A stretch of DNA of 64,000 nucleotides from Eledone cirrhosa (lineage: Eukaryota), in the NCBI GenBank assembly GCA_964016885.1, contig OZ024756.1, positions 35,898,001-35,962,000 on the forward strand, read 5' to 3'. The position numbers and the translations under genes are program-made. Positions 1 through 10,399 of this stretch are shown here, in pieces. How positions within the stretch are numbered: position 1 is the first letter of the stretch; each line of letters begins with the position of its first letter. The notes beneath the pieces were generated by a model that saw only the letters and a list, made by a program, of their open reading frames with translations, ran no database searches and was not told where the DNA came from.

Positions 1-5
1 AAAAA
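1..5 (-). terminator. Pol III oligo-T terminator of the tRNA-Thr gene
   Basis: AAAAA at 1-5 reads TTTTT on the minus strand, 10 nt downstream of the tRNA 3' end; truncated by the window edge. Confidence 0.6.
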
Positions 6-15
6 CATTCCCCGA

Positions 16-88
16 AGCCCCCAGTGAGGATCGAACTCACGACCCCTGGTTTACAAGACCAGTGCTCTAACCACTGAGCTATGGAGGC
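16..88 (-). tRNA. tRNA-Thr, anticodon TGT
   Basis: Reverse complement GCCTCCA TA GCTC AGTGGTTA GAGC A CTGGT CT TGT AA ACCAG GGGTC GTGAG TTCGATC CTCAC TGGGGGC T folds into a complete 73-nt cloverleaf with A and B boxes and no intron. Confidence 0.95.
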
Positions 89-584
89 AACCGTGCCGCC
101 AGTACCAAAATTTTAATACATAATTGTATATTTAAGAACTGTAAATTGTGTATCTATTATTTGAATTGTGATAATAGAACAAAAATAATTCATATAAATA
201 AATATGAATTTAGATGGGAGTATTAGGAAATTATTTTTTTTCTACGAGAAGAAATATGACTTATAATTATCACATTGTTCCATATTGTTAATTGGTATAC
301 AGAGATCTAAGAGGAAGAGTTTCTTACATGAGCGGATGAGAAACAAGGGGAGATAATTCTTTGTAAAGCTGCCTTCATTAACAAATCTGATGTAGTGGAG
401 AGCAATAATACAGCAGGTTGCACTTTTAATTCGTGCTGTTATACTGACTTAACTAACACGCATCTTTCATTTATTTTTGTTTAAATTCAAAATTTCTGTT
501 TATATATTTAAAAGCTGTAGTAAAGCACATAAATAGAAGCATCCATATAAAAAAAACGGCTGCTATAATAAAAGTGTATTAAGA

Positions 585-675
585 CTGAGTGGTGCAACAT
601 CGATAGACATTGATAGAGAGCCTCGTTGTGGAGACGACTGTGGTGACGACGACGACGGCGAAAGCTGCAAATAAG
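585..675 (+). other. Candidate non-coding first exon shared by GTF2H5 and ZNF511
   Basis: Locally GC/CpG-enriched patch (gagacgactgtggtgacgacgacgacggcg) ending in AAG|GTGATG, followed by T-rich intron-like sequence. The donor is weak and the start is approximate. Confidence 0.35.
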
Positions 676-914
676 GTGATGACATTATTTTCTCTTTCTT
701 TATCGTTTATTTCATTCTTTAAACTAAATATAAAATGGATAAAAGTCTTCCATCCTCTCATTCCTCTTTTTACTGCATATTTTTACTTTTTTTGTGTGAG
801 TGTATGTTTATATAAACTGCCAACGTATTTCTGTAAATGCTACTATGTTGCGATTTTGTTGTCTCGCACCAAAACATTGCTTCTTTCATCCGTCATTCAT
901 TTCTCTCTTTCTTC

Positions 915-1205
915 ATAGACCTGTGTCTTTTCTCTATAGACTAGTCTATATTTCTTTATAGACCAGAGTCTGGTCTCTATAGATTAGTCTGTTTCTCCAT
1001 AGACCAGTGTCTGGTTTCAATAGACTAGTCTATATTTCTCCTTAGTCCAGTGTGTCTCACCACAGACCAATATCTCTACGGACAAGTGTGTTTCTTTAGA
1101 CTAGTCTTTCTCTATAGACAAGAGTGTCTCTATAAACCACCGTCTCTCTCTCACCATAGACCAAGGATGTCTTTATAAGCCACCGTCTCTCTCACCATAG
1201 ACCAA
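915..1205. repeat. Degenerate ~20-22 bp tandem array (TCTCTATAGACYAGT-like)
   Basis: Recurrent ctatagactagtc / ccatagaccagtg motifs. Confidence 0.6.
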
Positions 1206-1391
1206 CGTGTGTATTACCATAAAGCCGTTCCCTACCATTACTCTTGTGATTGATCAGAGACACTGGAGGACCCTTTAATTCTATCGATGACTTAAGTAAA
1301 GTAGTCTGTGTTACGAAGAGCATCCAGCTGTATAAACTATGTCGAAAATTGGAATTCACAAGCAAAGATGTGATCCTCCTAACTATTTAGA

Positions 1392-1510
1392 TGCGGGCAC
1401 ATGGCCTAGTGGTTAGGGTGTTGGACTCAGGATCATAAAGTTGTGGGTTTGATTCCTAGACTGAGTAGTGCGTTGTAATCTTGAACAAGAAGCTTCATTT
1501 CATGTTGCCT
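1392..1510 (+). mobile_element. tRNA-headed CORE-type SINE, truncated
   Basis: ggcacatggcctagtggttag (A box), gggtttgattcc (B box), cttgaacaagaagcttcatttc; same family as 4515 and 39580. Confidence 0.7.
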
Positions 1511-2077
1511 TTCATTATAAGTGTAGGACCCTATCATTAAAACACTCAAGAAACCTATCACATGTAACTTTGTAGAGGGTCAACTAAACCTGCATAGGTC
1601 GTCATCATCATCATCATTTAACATCCATTTTCCCTGCTAGCAAGGGTTGGACATAGGTGTGAGCTATAAATTCTATTTTTCATTTCTGGAAGGGGTGTTT
1701 GAGGACTCCACCTCCACGACCCTTTCAGGAATAAATGGTGAAGAAGAAGAGATTTCTTGGAGCACATAAACACTATAACTATCAACCCTTACTTCAGCCT
1801 TGTTTTGATCAAACCTATCGTCACCACACCAATGTTGACTCAGTTCCTTTCAATTTTTATATAGCTAATAAAGTAATAACATAAAGTAGCAGTCAAGTAC
1901 TAAGGTTGATTGAATTGACATGCAACTTTCCTGAAAATTGCTGGCCTCCTGCCTAAATCCAAAACCAGTGTAAATATTTTATGTATATATAACTATATAT
2001 AACATGTGTGTGTTCATGGCCCATAATAGAAGAGATCAATAAAATAAACAGTGAACTTGAATAAACGTGCGTGTGTG

Positions 2078-2109
<32 letters not shown>

Positions 2110-2111
2110 TG

Positions 2112-2262
2112 TTCTCTGAGTTCAAATCCTGCCATGGTCATCTTTGCCTTTAATCCATTTGTGGTCAATAAAATAAAGTACCGGTAATGTACTGGGGTCT
2201 ATTTAATCGACTTTCCCCATCCCTTCAAACTGGCCTTGTACCAAGATCAGAAACCATTATTA
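2112..2262 (+). mobile_element. Deu/Nin-domain-like tRNA-SINE
   Basis: tctgagttcaaatcctgcc...ctttgcctttaatcc...ataaaataaagtacc...ctggccttgtacc, ending in an (ATT)n tail; highly repeated in this window. Confidence 0.75.
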
Positions 2263-2460
2263 TTATTATTATTATTGACATGTAAAAATTTCTTATTTTT
2301 CTCTTTCACAGGTTTTATATTTTCCAGGTTCCCTCTTTCAGAATCTCAGTTTGAGAGTTTCTACTAACCAAATGTATGCAGCAACCATTGTAAAGTCCTC
2401 CCCTTGTGTTTAAATATTCCTGGTATTTTAAACTAAACATTCCATCCCTTACTATTCAAC

Positions 2461-2673
2461 ATGGTGAATGTAATCAAAGGTGTTCTGGCTGAATGTGACC
2501 CTGCCATGAAACAATTCCTTCTTCAACTCGATGACAAAAACACTTTAGGGAAAAAATTCATAATTCAAGACCTGGATGATACCCACCTTTTCATCTCTGC
2601 AGACATTCTGGAAACTTTAAAAACCCAGATTAGTGATTTAATGAACAAACTTACATACCCATTAAACGATTAA
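2461..2673 (+). CDS. GTF2H5: General transcription factor IIH subunit 5 (TFIIH p8 / TTDA / Tfb5), 70 aa, intronless CDS
   Basis: [45 protein letters not shown] matches the Tfb5 family signature ([21 protein letters not shown]...[14 protein letters not shown]). The ORF is intact. Upstream acceptor tttttctctttcacag| at 2311, with alternatives at 2327 and 2341. Confidence 0.97.
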   Translation: MVNVIKGVLAECDPAMKQFLLQLDDKNTLGKKFIIQDLDDTHLFISADILETLKTQISDLMNKLTYPLND

Positions 2674-2859
2674 TTCTCAGACAGCAAACAAACAATATGA
2701 AATTCTAAATTAATTTGCTCACTCTCTTTTCCTTATTTCCCCACTCATCCCTACCATTTCCCCCCCCCCCTTATCTTCTCTCAATGACAAACTAACGTCT
2801 GCTCTACTCTTACAATTGCACACAACTAACAATTCTTGGGGGTTTTTTCTTAGTAAAAA

Positions 2860-2894
<35 letters not shown>

Positions 2895-3063
2895 ACATTC
2901 CTTTCAAAAGAAAAGAGATAATTGAATATATGCATTATGAGAAAATGTCTGATGTAAAGCTACAACATTTAAACTGTCTGCTAGAATATCTATCATCATT
3001 GTCACTGTCATCATGTATGTGTGTCACCACTTACCGTGGCACTAGAACTAATAACCCTCTTAC

Positions 3064-3069
3064 AATAAA
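3064..3069 (+). promoter_or_regulatory. Candidate poly(A) signal for GTF2H5
   Basis: AATAAA about 390 nt after the GTF2H5 stop and about 185 nt before the ZNF511 acceptor. Confidence 0.4.
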
Positions 3070-3308
3070 CATGAACCGATATGAAATTTACTACTTCCTT
3101 GTTGATGTCGGAATCCAAATCTTTATCTTCATCTCAACCCTGAAAGCCATTGAGAAAATGGCACAAAAACCATACAAATACTTTTAAATTAAGGAAAGAT
3201 AAGATAAACCTGAAAATATATTTCTTTTTATTATAAATTTCCTCTCTACAGCAGAAAAATTGAACGCTTATTTGAATTGAATGAGAATCTGTTTAGACAA
3301 CTGTAATC

Positions 3309-3451
3309 ATGCAGCACAAACCATTCTCATGTCAGTGGAATCCAAAGAAACGCCATTTACTTCCTGGTGATAGTTTATTTGAAGATGGAGACATATTTTG
3401 TAACCTTTTGCTAAAGCAAATGTCTTTGGCTGATGAAGAATTTATTAACAA
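3309..3451 (+). CDS. ZNF511: Zinc finger protein 511, coding exon 1
   Basis: MQHKPFSCQWNPKKRHLLPGDSLFEDGDIFCNLLLKQMSLADEEFIN(K) carries the F-EDGD motif of the ZNF511 N-terminus. There is an in-frame stop upstream, a NAGNAG acceptor at 3251/3254 and the donor AA|GTAAGC. Confidence 0.88.
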
Positions 3452-3504
3452 GTAAGCATTCCTTTTCTTTTTCTTTTTCTTTTTCTTTTTCTTTTTCTTC
3501 TTCT

Positions 3505-3705
3505 TCTGCATCTGTCTCCAATTGATCTGACTGGATCCCCAAATGAGGCTTGCCGATCTCATGGATGTTATCCAACCATTTTGCTTGGAGTCTACTTCTG
3601 GGTCTCCTGTCAGTTGGTTTTGTCCATAAAATCCATCCGGCGATTCTTTCCTGAGACATTCTAAACACATGTCCGATATTACAGACAGGCAGTTTTATTG
3701 GCTTC
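3505..3705 (-). mobile_element. RTE-clade LINE 3' fragment with (GAA)n-type tail, in a ZNF511 intron
   Basis: Minus translation GHVFRMSQERIAGWILWTKPTDRRPRSRLQAKWLDNI resembles the RTE C-terminal GHV.RM...R........G.RPRGRP...W motif. Confidence 0.75.
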
Positions 3706-3779
3706 AATTGGTATTCTACATATACTTGCTGTCGTACATTTGTTGTTGATGTTGTAATGTATATTATTTTATTTGACAG

Positions 3780-3839
3780 AATTCCTGAGTTTCCCTGTGG
3801 TATGGCTGGCTGTCAAAAGACTTTCAATAATTTAGTAAG
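3780..3839 (+). CDS. ZNF511: ZNF511 coding exon 2
   Basis: tttgacag|A IPEFPCGMAGCQKTFNNLV AG|GTATGT; first half of C2H2 finger 1, with phases matching both neighbours. Confidence 0.9.
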
Positions 3840-3914
3840 GTATGTGCATTATACATCTCGACGTTTAACTCTTTCCTTACCATATTTCTAGTGAAAGCTA
3901 TTGCTTATGATTTA

Positions 3915-4240
3915 ACAAAAAGTACCCAGCCCACACTGTAAAGTGGTCGTGTAGGTGTCACGACAAAAAACACCCAGTACACACTGTAAAGTGGTCATGA
4001 ATGTGTCACGACAAAAAGCATCCAGCCCACACAGTAAAGTGGTCCTGTAGGTGTCACGACAATATGCATCCAGTAAATGTGGTTGGTGTTAGGAAAGGCA
4101 TCCAGCCATAGAAACCTAGCCAGAAACTTCTATATGAGTAAGACATGGTCACTTGACCCAACTTGTCTCAAATGGGATAACCCGTCTAACCCATGCTAGC
4201 ATGGAAAATGGACATTAAACGATGATGATGATGGTGATGA
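3915..4240 (+). mobile_element. SINE 3' portion with internal ~46-bp tandem repeats and (GAT)n tail
   Basis: Three to four copies of acaaaaa-cacccag-cacactgtaaagtggtc-gtgtcacg, then gttggtgttaggaaaggcatccagcc and catgctagcatggaaaatggacattaaacgatgatg. Related copies at 40790-41045 and 51540-51738. Confidence 0.7.
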
Positions 4241-4283
4241 TGTCATAGTATTATTACTATAGTTAATGTTGTTATTATTTCAG

Positions 4284-4425
4284 TTATGAATGTCACTACA
4301 ATAGCCTTCATCGAAACACCTGTGCTACCTGTCGCCGTATCTTCCCATCGTCCTACCTCCTTGGGCTTCATATACAGGAGTGGCATGATGTCATGTTTGA
4401 TATCATGTGTGGTAAAAAACCTATG
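4284..4425 (+). CDS. ZNF511: ZNF511 coding exon 3
   Basis: tttcag|T YECHYNSLHRNTCATCRRIFPSSYLLGLHIQEWHDVMFDIMCGKKPM|GTAAAA; matches the ZNF511 pattern YE.HY..LH.N.C..C.R.FPS..LL..HI.EWHD..F. Confidence 0.93.
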
Positions 4426-4514
4426 GTAAAAACAACACTTTCTTTTCTCTTCTCATAGCTTTTGTGTGTGTGTATACTGTTATATGTATGATTATGTGTA
4501 GTGTGGTTATGTGT

Positions 4515-4860
4515 GAAGGTACGTGGCTTAGTGGTTAGAGCGTCAGGCTTGCAATCGTGAGGTTGTAAGTTTGATTCTCGGACTGGGCTTTGCGTTGTGT
4601 TTTTTAGCAAAACACTTTATCTCACATTGCTCCAAGTTACTCAGCTGTAGAAATGAGTTGGTGATGTCATTGGTGCCAAGCTGTATCAGTCATTGCCTTT
4701 CCTTTGGACAATGTTGGTTGCGTGGAGAGAGAGACCTGTATGCATGAGCAACTGCAGGTCTTCACAAACAACCTTGCCCAGACGTGTGCCTTGGAGGGGA
4801 ACGTTCTAGGTACAAATCCCATGGTCACTCATGACTGAAGGAGATCTTTACCCATTACCC
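4515..4860 (+). mobile_element. Full-length tRNA-headed CORE-type SINE
   Basis: gtggcttagtggttagagcg (A box), agtttgattctc (B box), ttagcaaaacactttatctcacattgctcc, and a ctttacccattaccc tail. Confidence 0.75.
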
Positions 4861-5023
4861 TATATGTATATACATATGTGTGTGTGTATATATATATAAA
4901 GGGTTTTTCATAGAACAGAAAGAGACCACAGTTAATTAAAGTGTTCAATACATGAAGTAGAGGAGATACATAATTTATTTCAGATACATATCACTCTCTC
5001 ACCATTTCCAAACTCCATTACAG

Positions 5024-5145
5024 TATAGCTGCTTACTAGAAGCCTGTGGACAGAAATTCCAGACCTCCCAACATAGGAAGGAACATATGATTACATGTCA
5101 TAAATATCCCGCCAATTTCCGATTTGATAAACAAAAGAATAAATG
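5024..5145 (+). CDS. ZNF511: ZNF511 coding exon 4
   Basis: cattacag|YSCLLEACGQKFQTSQHRKEHMITCHKYPANFRFDKQKNK TG|GTAAGT; matches the ZNF511 pattern Y.CL.E.C..KF.TS..RK.HM...H.YPA.FRFDK. Confidence 0.93.
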
Positions 5146-5557
5146 GTAAGTTGCATGTCTTGTCTTACTTTACCTTAGCCTTTGCTTTACTGTTTTATCA
5201 CCCTCTCTCTCTAGACATACACATACTTATATGTTCACATTTATGTATGTATTTGCTTGAAGGCTCACACCAACCTCCTTCCTCTATCTACATGCTTACC
5301 TCCCCTGGCCCCATGATTACTTCCCCTTTACATTTGTCATGATTTGAAAAGAAACCAAAACCTTTTAATTTTTTCTTTGTTTTCGTTCTTTCTTTGTTGT
5401 AGACATACACGCGGATATATATATATACATACACACATATATGTAGACATACACACAAATGTGTAGATATACATACAGATATATAGACACACACATATTT
5501 ATACACACACATATGTAAGAAACTATAATATCACGGCTAAGAAGTTGACTTTCACAG

Positions 5558-5818
5558 GTTTTGGCTGTTGTTTGGTGTTAATAGTAGTTGCAATTGTCAT
5601 TACAGTAAAGGTGCAACAGTTTCCACAGAAGATGCAGTGGACAATTTTAATTGCTGTTGCAGTAAAGGTGATGCACCTGCAGAGGCAGAAGATGCAGCAG
5701 AAAGTTGTGATTGTTGTTGCAGCAAAAGTGCACCAAGTGCAGATAACAAGGTAGAAAACATGGAACTAACAACTACAACAACAGCAGCAACAACAACAGC
5801 AAAGAAATATAACTACAA
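5558..5818 (+). CDS. ZNF511: ZNF511 coding exon 5 (5' boundary ambiguous: 5558, 5606, 5663 or 5723)
   Basis: Open phase-2 exon ending ...VENMELTTTTTAATTTAKKYNY AA|GTAAGT, with four in-frame CAG acceptors. The longest form gives a 921-nt CDS (306 aa). Confidence 0.75.
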
Positions 5819-5846
5819 GTAAGTAAATGTCACTATATATATATAC

Positions 5847-5877
<31 letters not shown>

Positions 5878-6017
5878 AGCCCCGGATTCACTCGGGGCTC
5901 ACCACAGTAAGTAAGGTACTAAATGCATTAGTAGAGTGTAAACAACAAATCTAATATAGAAATGGCTTCTATGGGACTAGAATTGTTTCATTCGAAAGAA
6001 ATCATCAGGAAAGCCCC
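5878..6017 (-). mobile_element. Short Penelope-like terminal element with degenerate hammerhead core (family B)
   Basis: Minus strand GGCTTTC CTGATGA TTTC TTTC GAAT GAAA CAATTCTAGTCCCA TA GAAGCC. Homologous to 30041-30174 and abuts a (TG)n tract. Confidence 0.55.
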
Positions 6018-6493
6018 GATAATTTTCAAAATAATCAAAACTTTGGCAATATTCAGTAATATAACTTTCTCACTAAGATGCTGTTTGGAACCATAACTTA
6101 ACAAAGGTTCTTACATAAAATTATGATGGTAGGTTTTTAGATAAATATAAACATTTTAACTCGTCCATTTGAAGTTGATGAAAAAAAAGTAGTAGTCTAG
6201 ACTGAGGTCAATTCTTCCTCTATATCTCTTTCTCTCAGACCTGGAGATGAAATGGGCTCTGCCAGGTTTTAAAATACACTAGAAACGCTGTAATCAATAC
6301 GACTCCGTCAGGAGTTATGAGTCCTTGCTTGCAAACATTTTAATATAAATAGTTCCATAACCTGCAACCAGGGACAGTTTCCAGTGAGTTTTGCTATGAA
6401 AAGGGTTAAAATTGGATGCTTATTTGATGTTAGTTGAGTTAATGTTTAGTTTAGCCTCAGATAATTCTATTTTTCTGTTTCTCATTTTACCAG

Positions 6494-6686
6494 GATCCCT
6501 AAGAATATCTGTTTCGGTAAGGGCTCTGTGAGAACATTCCAGAAGCAACAGCAGAACCGTTCCAAACATTGGCACCAACAGTTCCAGAAAGAGACACCTG
6601 ACAATAGTCGAGGTAGCAGTGCTGGAGATGACAGTCAGCAAGTAACCATGACAGATCTGATGACTGCACTCGAAGAAACCAGTTAA
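6494..6686 (+). CDS. ZNF511: ZNF511 terminal coding exon
   Basis: ttttaccag|G IPKNICFGKGSVRTFQKQQQNRSKHWHQ...MTDLMTALEETS*; matches the ZNF511 C-terminal IP..ICFG.G..R.F motif. Confidence 0.92.
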
Positions 6687-7238
6687 TAATAATGATATTA
6701 ATAAGAATATTAATAACAATGATGATAATACTCACAGCTTATTTCATATTCTCACACTTAAAGAAATGTCATTAAAAAAATTTTTTTTTATTCTTTAGGC
6801 TCTTTTGTTTAAATCTTTGTTTAAAGAGCAGTGGATTAACAGTCTTTAGAGTGTTGGGTTACATAAATAGCTCACTACACTCTGAGTTCAAATTCTACCA
6901 AGATCAACTTTGCCTTTTATCCTTTTGGGAGTCAATAAATAAAATACCAGTTCAGGGCAGGGCTGGCTGTGGATTTGGCAGAATTTTTAAAGAGCTTGGA
7001 CAGAAGAATTCTTTGTGATATCTGGTCCGGCTCTGTGTGTTTTCAATTCAAATCCCACCCCTCCTACCCAGAGTTGTGGCTGACAGATATCAGCAATGGA
7101 AGTAGTTTCCTTGCTTCGATCTGACGAGCGACACCTCTCTGTCTTTATGGGTTTTTTTTTTAAATCTCTTGGCTTTTTCTTTCTAATTTTCAACATAGGG
7201 CAGGGTGTTAGATTATGTGTGTGTGTGTGTATGTATAC

Positions 7239-7270
<32 letters not shown>

Positions 7271-7618
7271 ATATATATATGTGTATATGTATATATATGT
7301 GTGTATATGTATATATATACACATACATACACACACATGCATACATTCTACCTGGCCATCACAACAACTGTTTGTGTTTTACATATCAACACTAGTTCTT
7401 GTACAATAGCAAACTGGCTCATCATTTTACTACATAATCTTACATAGTTGTCAGAACTCTCTTTATATCCCTCTCTAACTCTAGTTCAGTTTTCTTTGAT
7501 TAACAAAAAAAAACCTTGAATTTAGTCCGTTCCCTTTATCATGAAGGAATCCGTGTATGTATATTGGTGTGTGTGTGCCTGTTTATAGACATGTATTAAC
7601 TTAATGATATTGTTGGAG

Positions 7619-7674
7619 TTATCTCCCTTGCTTGCTCTTTCGGACGTTGAACATTCTCCTGGTGGGGACTTCGT
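7619..7674 (-). CDS. Candidate terminal exon of an unidentified minus-strand gene
   Basis: ccaaccatttacag|AC GAA GTC... gives (D)EVPTRRMFNVRKSKQGR* in phase 1; unique sequence between microsatellites; no family recognised. Confidence 0.25.
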
Positions 7675-8576
7675 CTGTAAATGGTTGGGACAATTTTTAA
7701 GTAATTGAAGTTTTTCAATTGACATGTGAGACTGTCGTATATATTTATGTATGTGTGTATACATACACAAATATAGACATGTATACATATATGTGTGTGT
7801 GTTGGCATTTTAAAAAATATTTGTACAAATATAGCAATTAGTCTATACACATATATATATGCATATACATGTGCATCTATATATATGTATATCATCTGTG
7901 TGTATGTATATATGCATGTGTATATATCTCATTTGATAGATCGTAGATTAGACATTGATATAGAAAATATACAAAATACAATTTAAATTTATTTTCTTAT
8001 ATACACACAAACAAATCATTGGTGTATATGCATTAAAGCCTATTGTGTATGTATACATACATGGTATGTATGTCTATGTATATATATATGTACTCACACA
8101 CAAATTTTTTTTCTGTAAATATATCTTTTGAAATTCTTTTTCTTTATATACACACCAAGGATAGTGTTCATGCATGTGCATCTACCAGTACGCCTCTGTG
8201 TGTGTGTATATTATATATATACATATATATACATGCAGACTCTAACCGTCTTATAGCAACCAAGATTAACTAAGTGGTTTCTTATGAAATCAGTAACTCC
8301 TGTTAGTATTTTTACCTATATGTCTGAACATACTATAATAACTACATAACATACACACATGCTCAGCCCCCCCCCCCCCTAACTGTTTACACTACAATAA
8401 CTACTCATACACACACATGTGAACACAGACACACTCACATTCTTTCATCTAAGGATGTTTCCACTATTCCTTACATCATGACTCAATCAACACCACCACT
8501 TTATACAACATACACACAACATACACACACTCTCTTTCTCTACTCCATATCTAAGTCCACACTAATACTGAGAGAT

Positions 8577-8611
<35 letters not shown>

Positions 8612-8702
8612 CTCTCTCTACCCCCACCCACTCCATATCTAAGCCTACACTAACACTGAGAGATGTACATTCACACACACTCTTTCTCCCTCTCTCTTTC
8701 CG

Positions 8703-8725
8703 TCATGGAGGGACAACACCATCGT
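8703..8725 (-). CDS. Candidate alternative terminal exon of the same unidentified gene
   Basis: Strong acceptor gttgcttttggatttcttgcag|AC GAT GGT GTT GTC CCT CCA TGA gives (D)DGVVPP* in phase 1. Confidence 0.2.
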
Positions 8726-9104
8726 CTGCAAGAAATCCAAAAGCAACAACAACAGTTTAACTTTACTCTTTTTCTGTCCTTATTTTTTTTCCTACGTTTT
8801 TTTTAAAACTATTATTTGTTATTTTGTAAATAAACTTAAGGAATTTTTTCTCTGGCTGCAGTTTTGTTATAATTAATTTCCAGGTTTAACTGACTCCAAT
8901 AGGAGGTTGCTCCACAGTACACATATCATATACATTACATATCATATACATTGTGAAGACATGTGGCTTAATGGTTCGGGTCCTGGGTTTGCAATCATAG
9001 GATTGTGAGTTTGATACCTAGATTAGGTGGCATGTGTTCTTGAGCAGCAATATATTTAATGTTGTCACCGTCCAAGCAGTTGGGGAAGATGTATGTACGT
9101 AAAG

Positions 9105-9277
9105 CAGGGTTCCCCAAATTTTTTCAAACACGGAACCCTTTTTAGTTCAGAAACTTTTGGGGGGAATCCCAAAATCTTATCTTGTTATATGGTCGTAATA
9201 CAATATAAATATAATCCTCTACCTTTTTCCATGCAATCCCAGAGACTTGTTTGCGGAACTTGCTTTGGGAACCACTA
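9105..9277. mobile_element. hAT-like MITE
   Basis: Imperfect terminal inverted repeats cagggttccccaaa ... tttgggaaccacta, resembling Charlie/MER5-type ends. Confidence 0.5.
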
Positions 9278-9520
9278 CCATGAAATATCAATTTACTAAC
9301 AATAGATCTCCTTTGAAGAAAATAGAAAATGCATATGTATAGACATGGTTATGGTTAGAGTTCTTGTGTGTGTATATATTTCGAGAGAAAATGGAGGACG
9401 GATGTTAAATGATTATGATGTGTGTGTGTGTGATATAAAGAGCGGGAACATTCAAAATGAATCCAGGGATATTTTCATTTTTTTTTTTCTATCTTCTTCA
9501 AAGGAGATTTGGTAGTGGAG

Positions 9521-9905
9521 AAGAATGATGGTGGTGGTGGAAGTCATGATCAAGGTGGTTTGTGATGGTGGCTGTGGTGAGAGTTGGCAGGGTGATGGTC
9601 ATAGTGGTGGTGTTGGAAATGATTGACAAGAATGATGGTGGTGGTGGTGGTGGAAGTCATGATCAAGGTGGTTTGTGATGGTGGCTGTGGTGAGAGTTGG
9701 CAGGGTGATGGTCATAGTGGTGGTGTTGGAAATGATTGACAAGAATGATGGTGGTGGTGGTGGTGGAAGTCATGATCAAGGTGGTTTGTGATGGTGGCTG
9801 TGGTGAGAGTTGGCAGGGTGATGGTCATAGTGGTGGTGTTGGAAATGATTGACAAGAATGATGGTGGTGGTGGTGATGGAAGTCATGATCATGGTGGCTG
9901 TGGTG
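9521..9905. repeat. 113-bp tandem repeat, ~3.4 copies
   Basis: aagtcatgatc recurs at 9541, 9654, 9767 and 9880. Confidence 0.9.
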
Positions 9906-10399
9906 ATGAGTTGGTAAGGTGGTGGCAGTGGTGGAAATGATTGAAATGGTTTCCTTTACTTATACTAGGGGAAGGAAACACAGTATTAGTGGTTTCTTCT
10001 ACATAGTAATAGAAGTGGGGAAGATGGTGGTTTCTTCTACGTAATAGTACTAGTATTAGTACTAGTGGTGAGGAAGAAGGATGTGACAGTTATATATGGA
10101 ATGTGGTTAGTCAATTAACAAACAGCTGCTAATTTTGCTTCATTAAGAAATTATTCCTTGATTTATTGAAATCTTCATTCAGAGCATCAGTTTCCATATT
10201 TTTTATTCCATGGTTGGTTGAGTAAGATGTTGCAAGTATTTCTAAGGTGCAATGAAATTTTTATTGTATATAAATACATTAAAGCGTTTGCCTCATGGTC
10301 ATGTGATTTTGAGCTCTATCCCACCTCATAGTACATTGAGCAAGTATCTTTTACAGTAGTTTTCAACCAGGTTTGTATCAAAAGGGTCAATACATTCCC

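Noticed and set aside
5545-5754. Alternative-frame ORF with a hydrophobic segment (CCLVLIVVAIVITV)
   Set aside because: It is out of frame with the flanking ZNF511 exons; the other frame splices correctly.
9305-9510. ~24-bp inverted repeats (atctcctttgaagaa.atagaaa) flanking ~155 bp
   Set aside because: Single occurrence with no clear TSD or family assignment; probably a decayed MITE of little interest.
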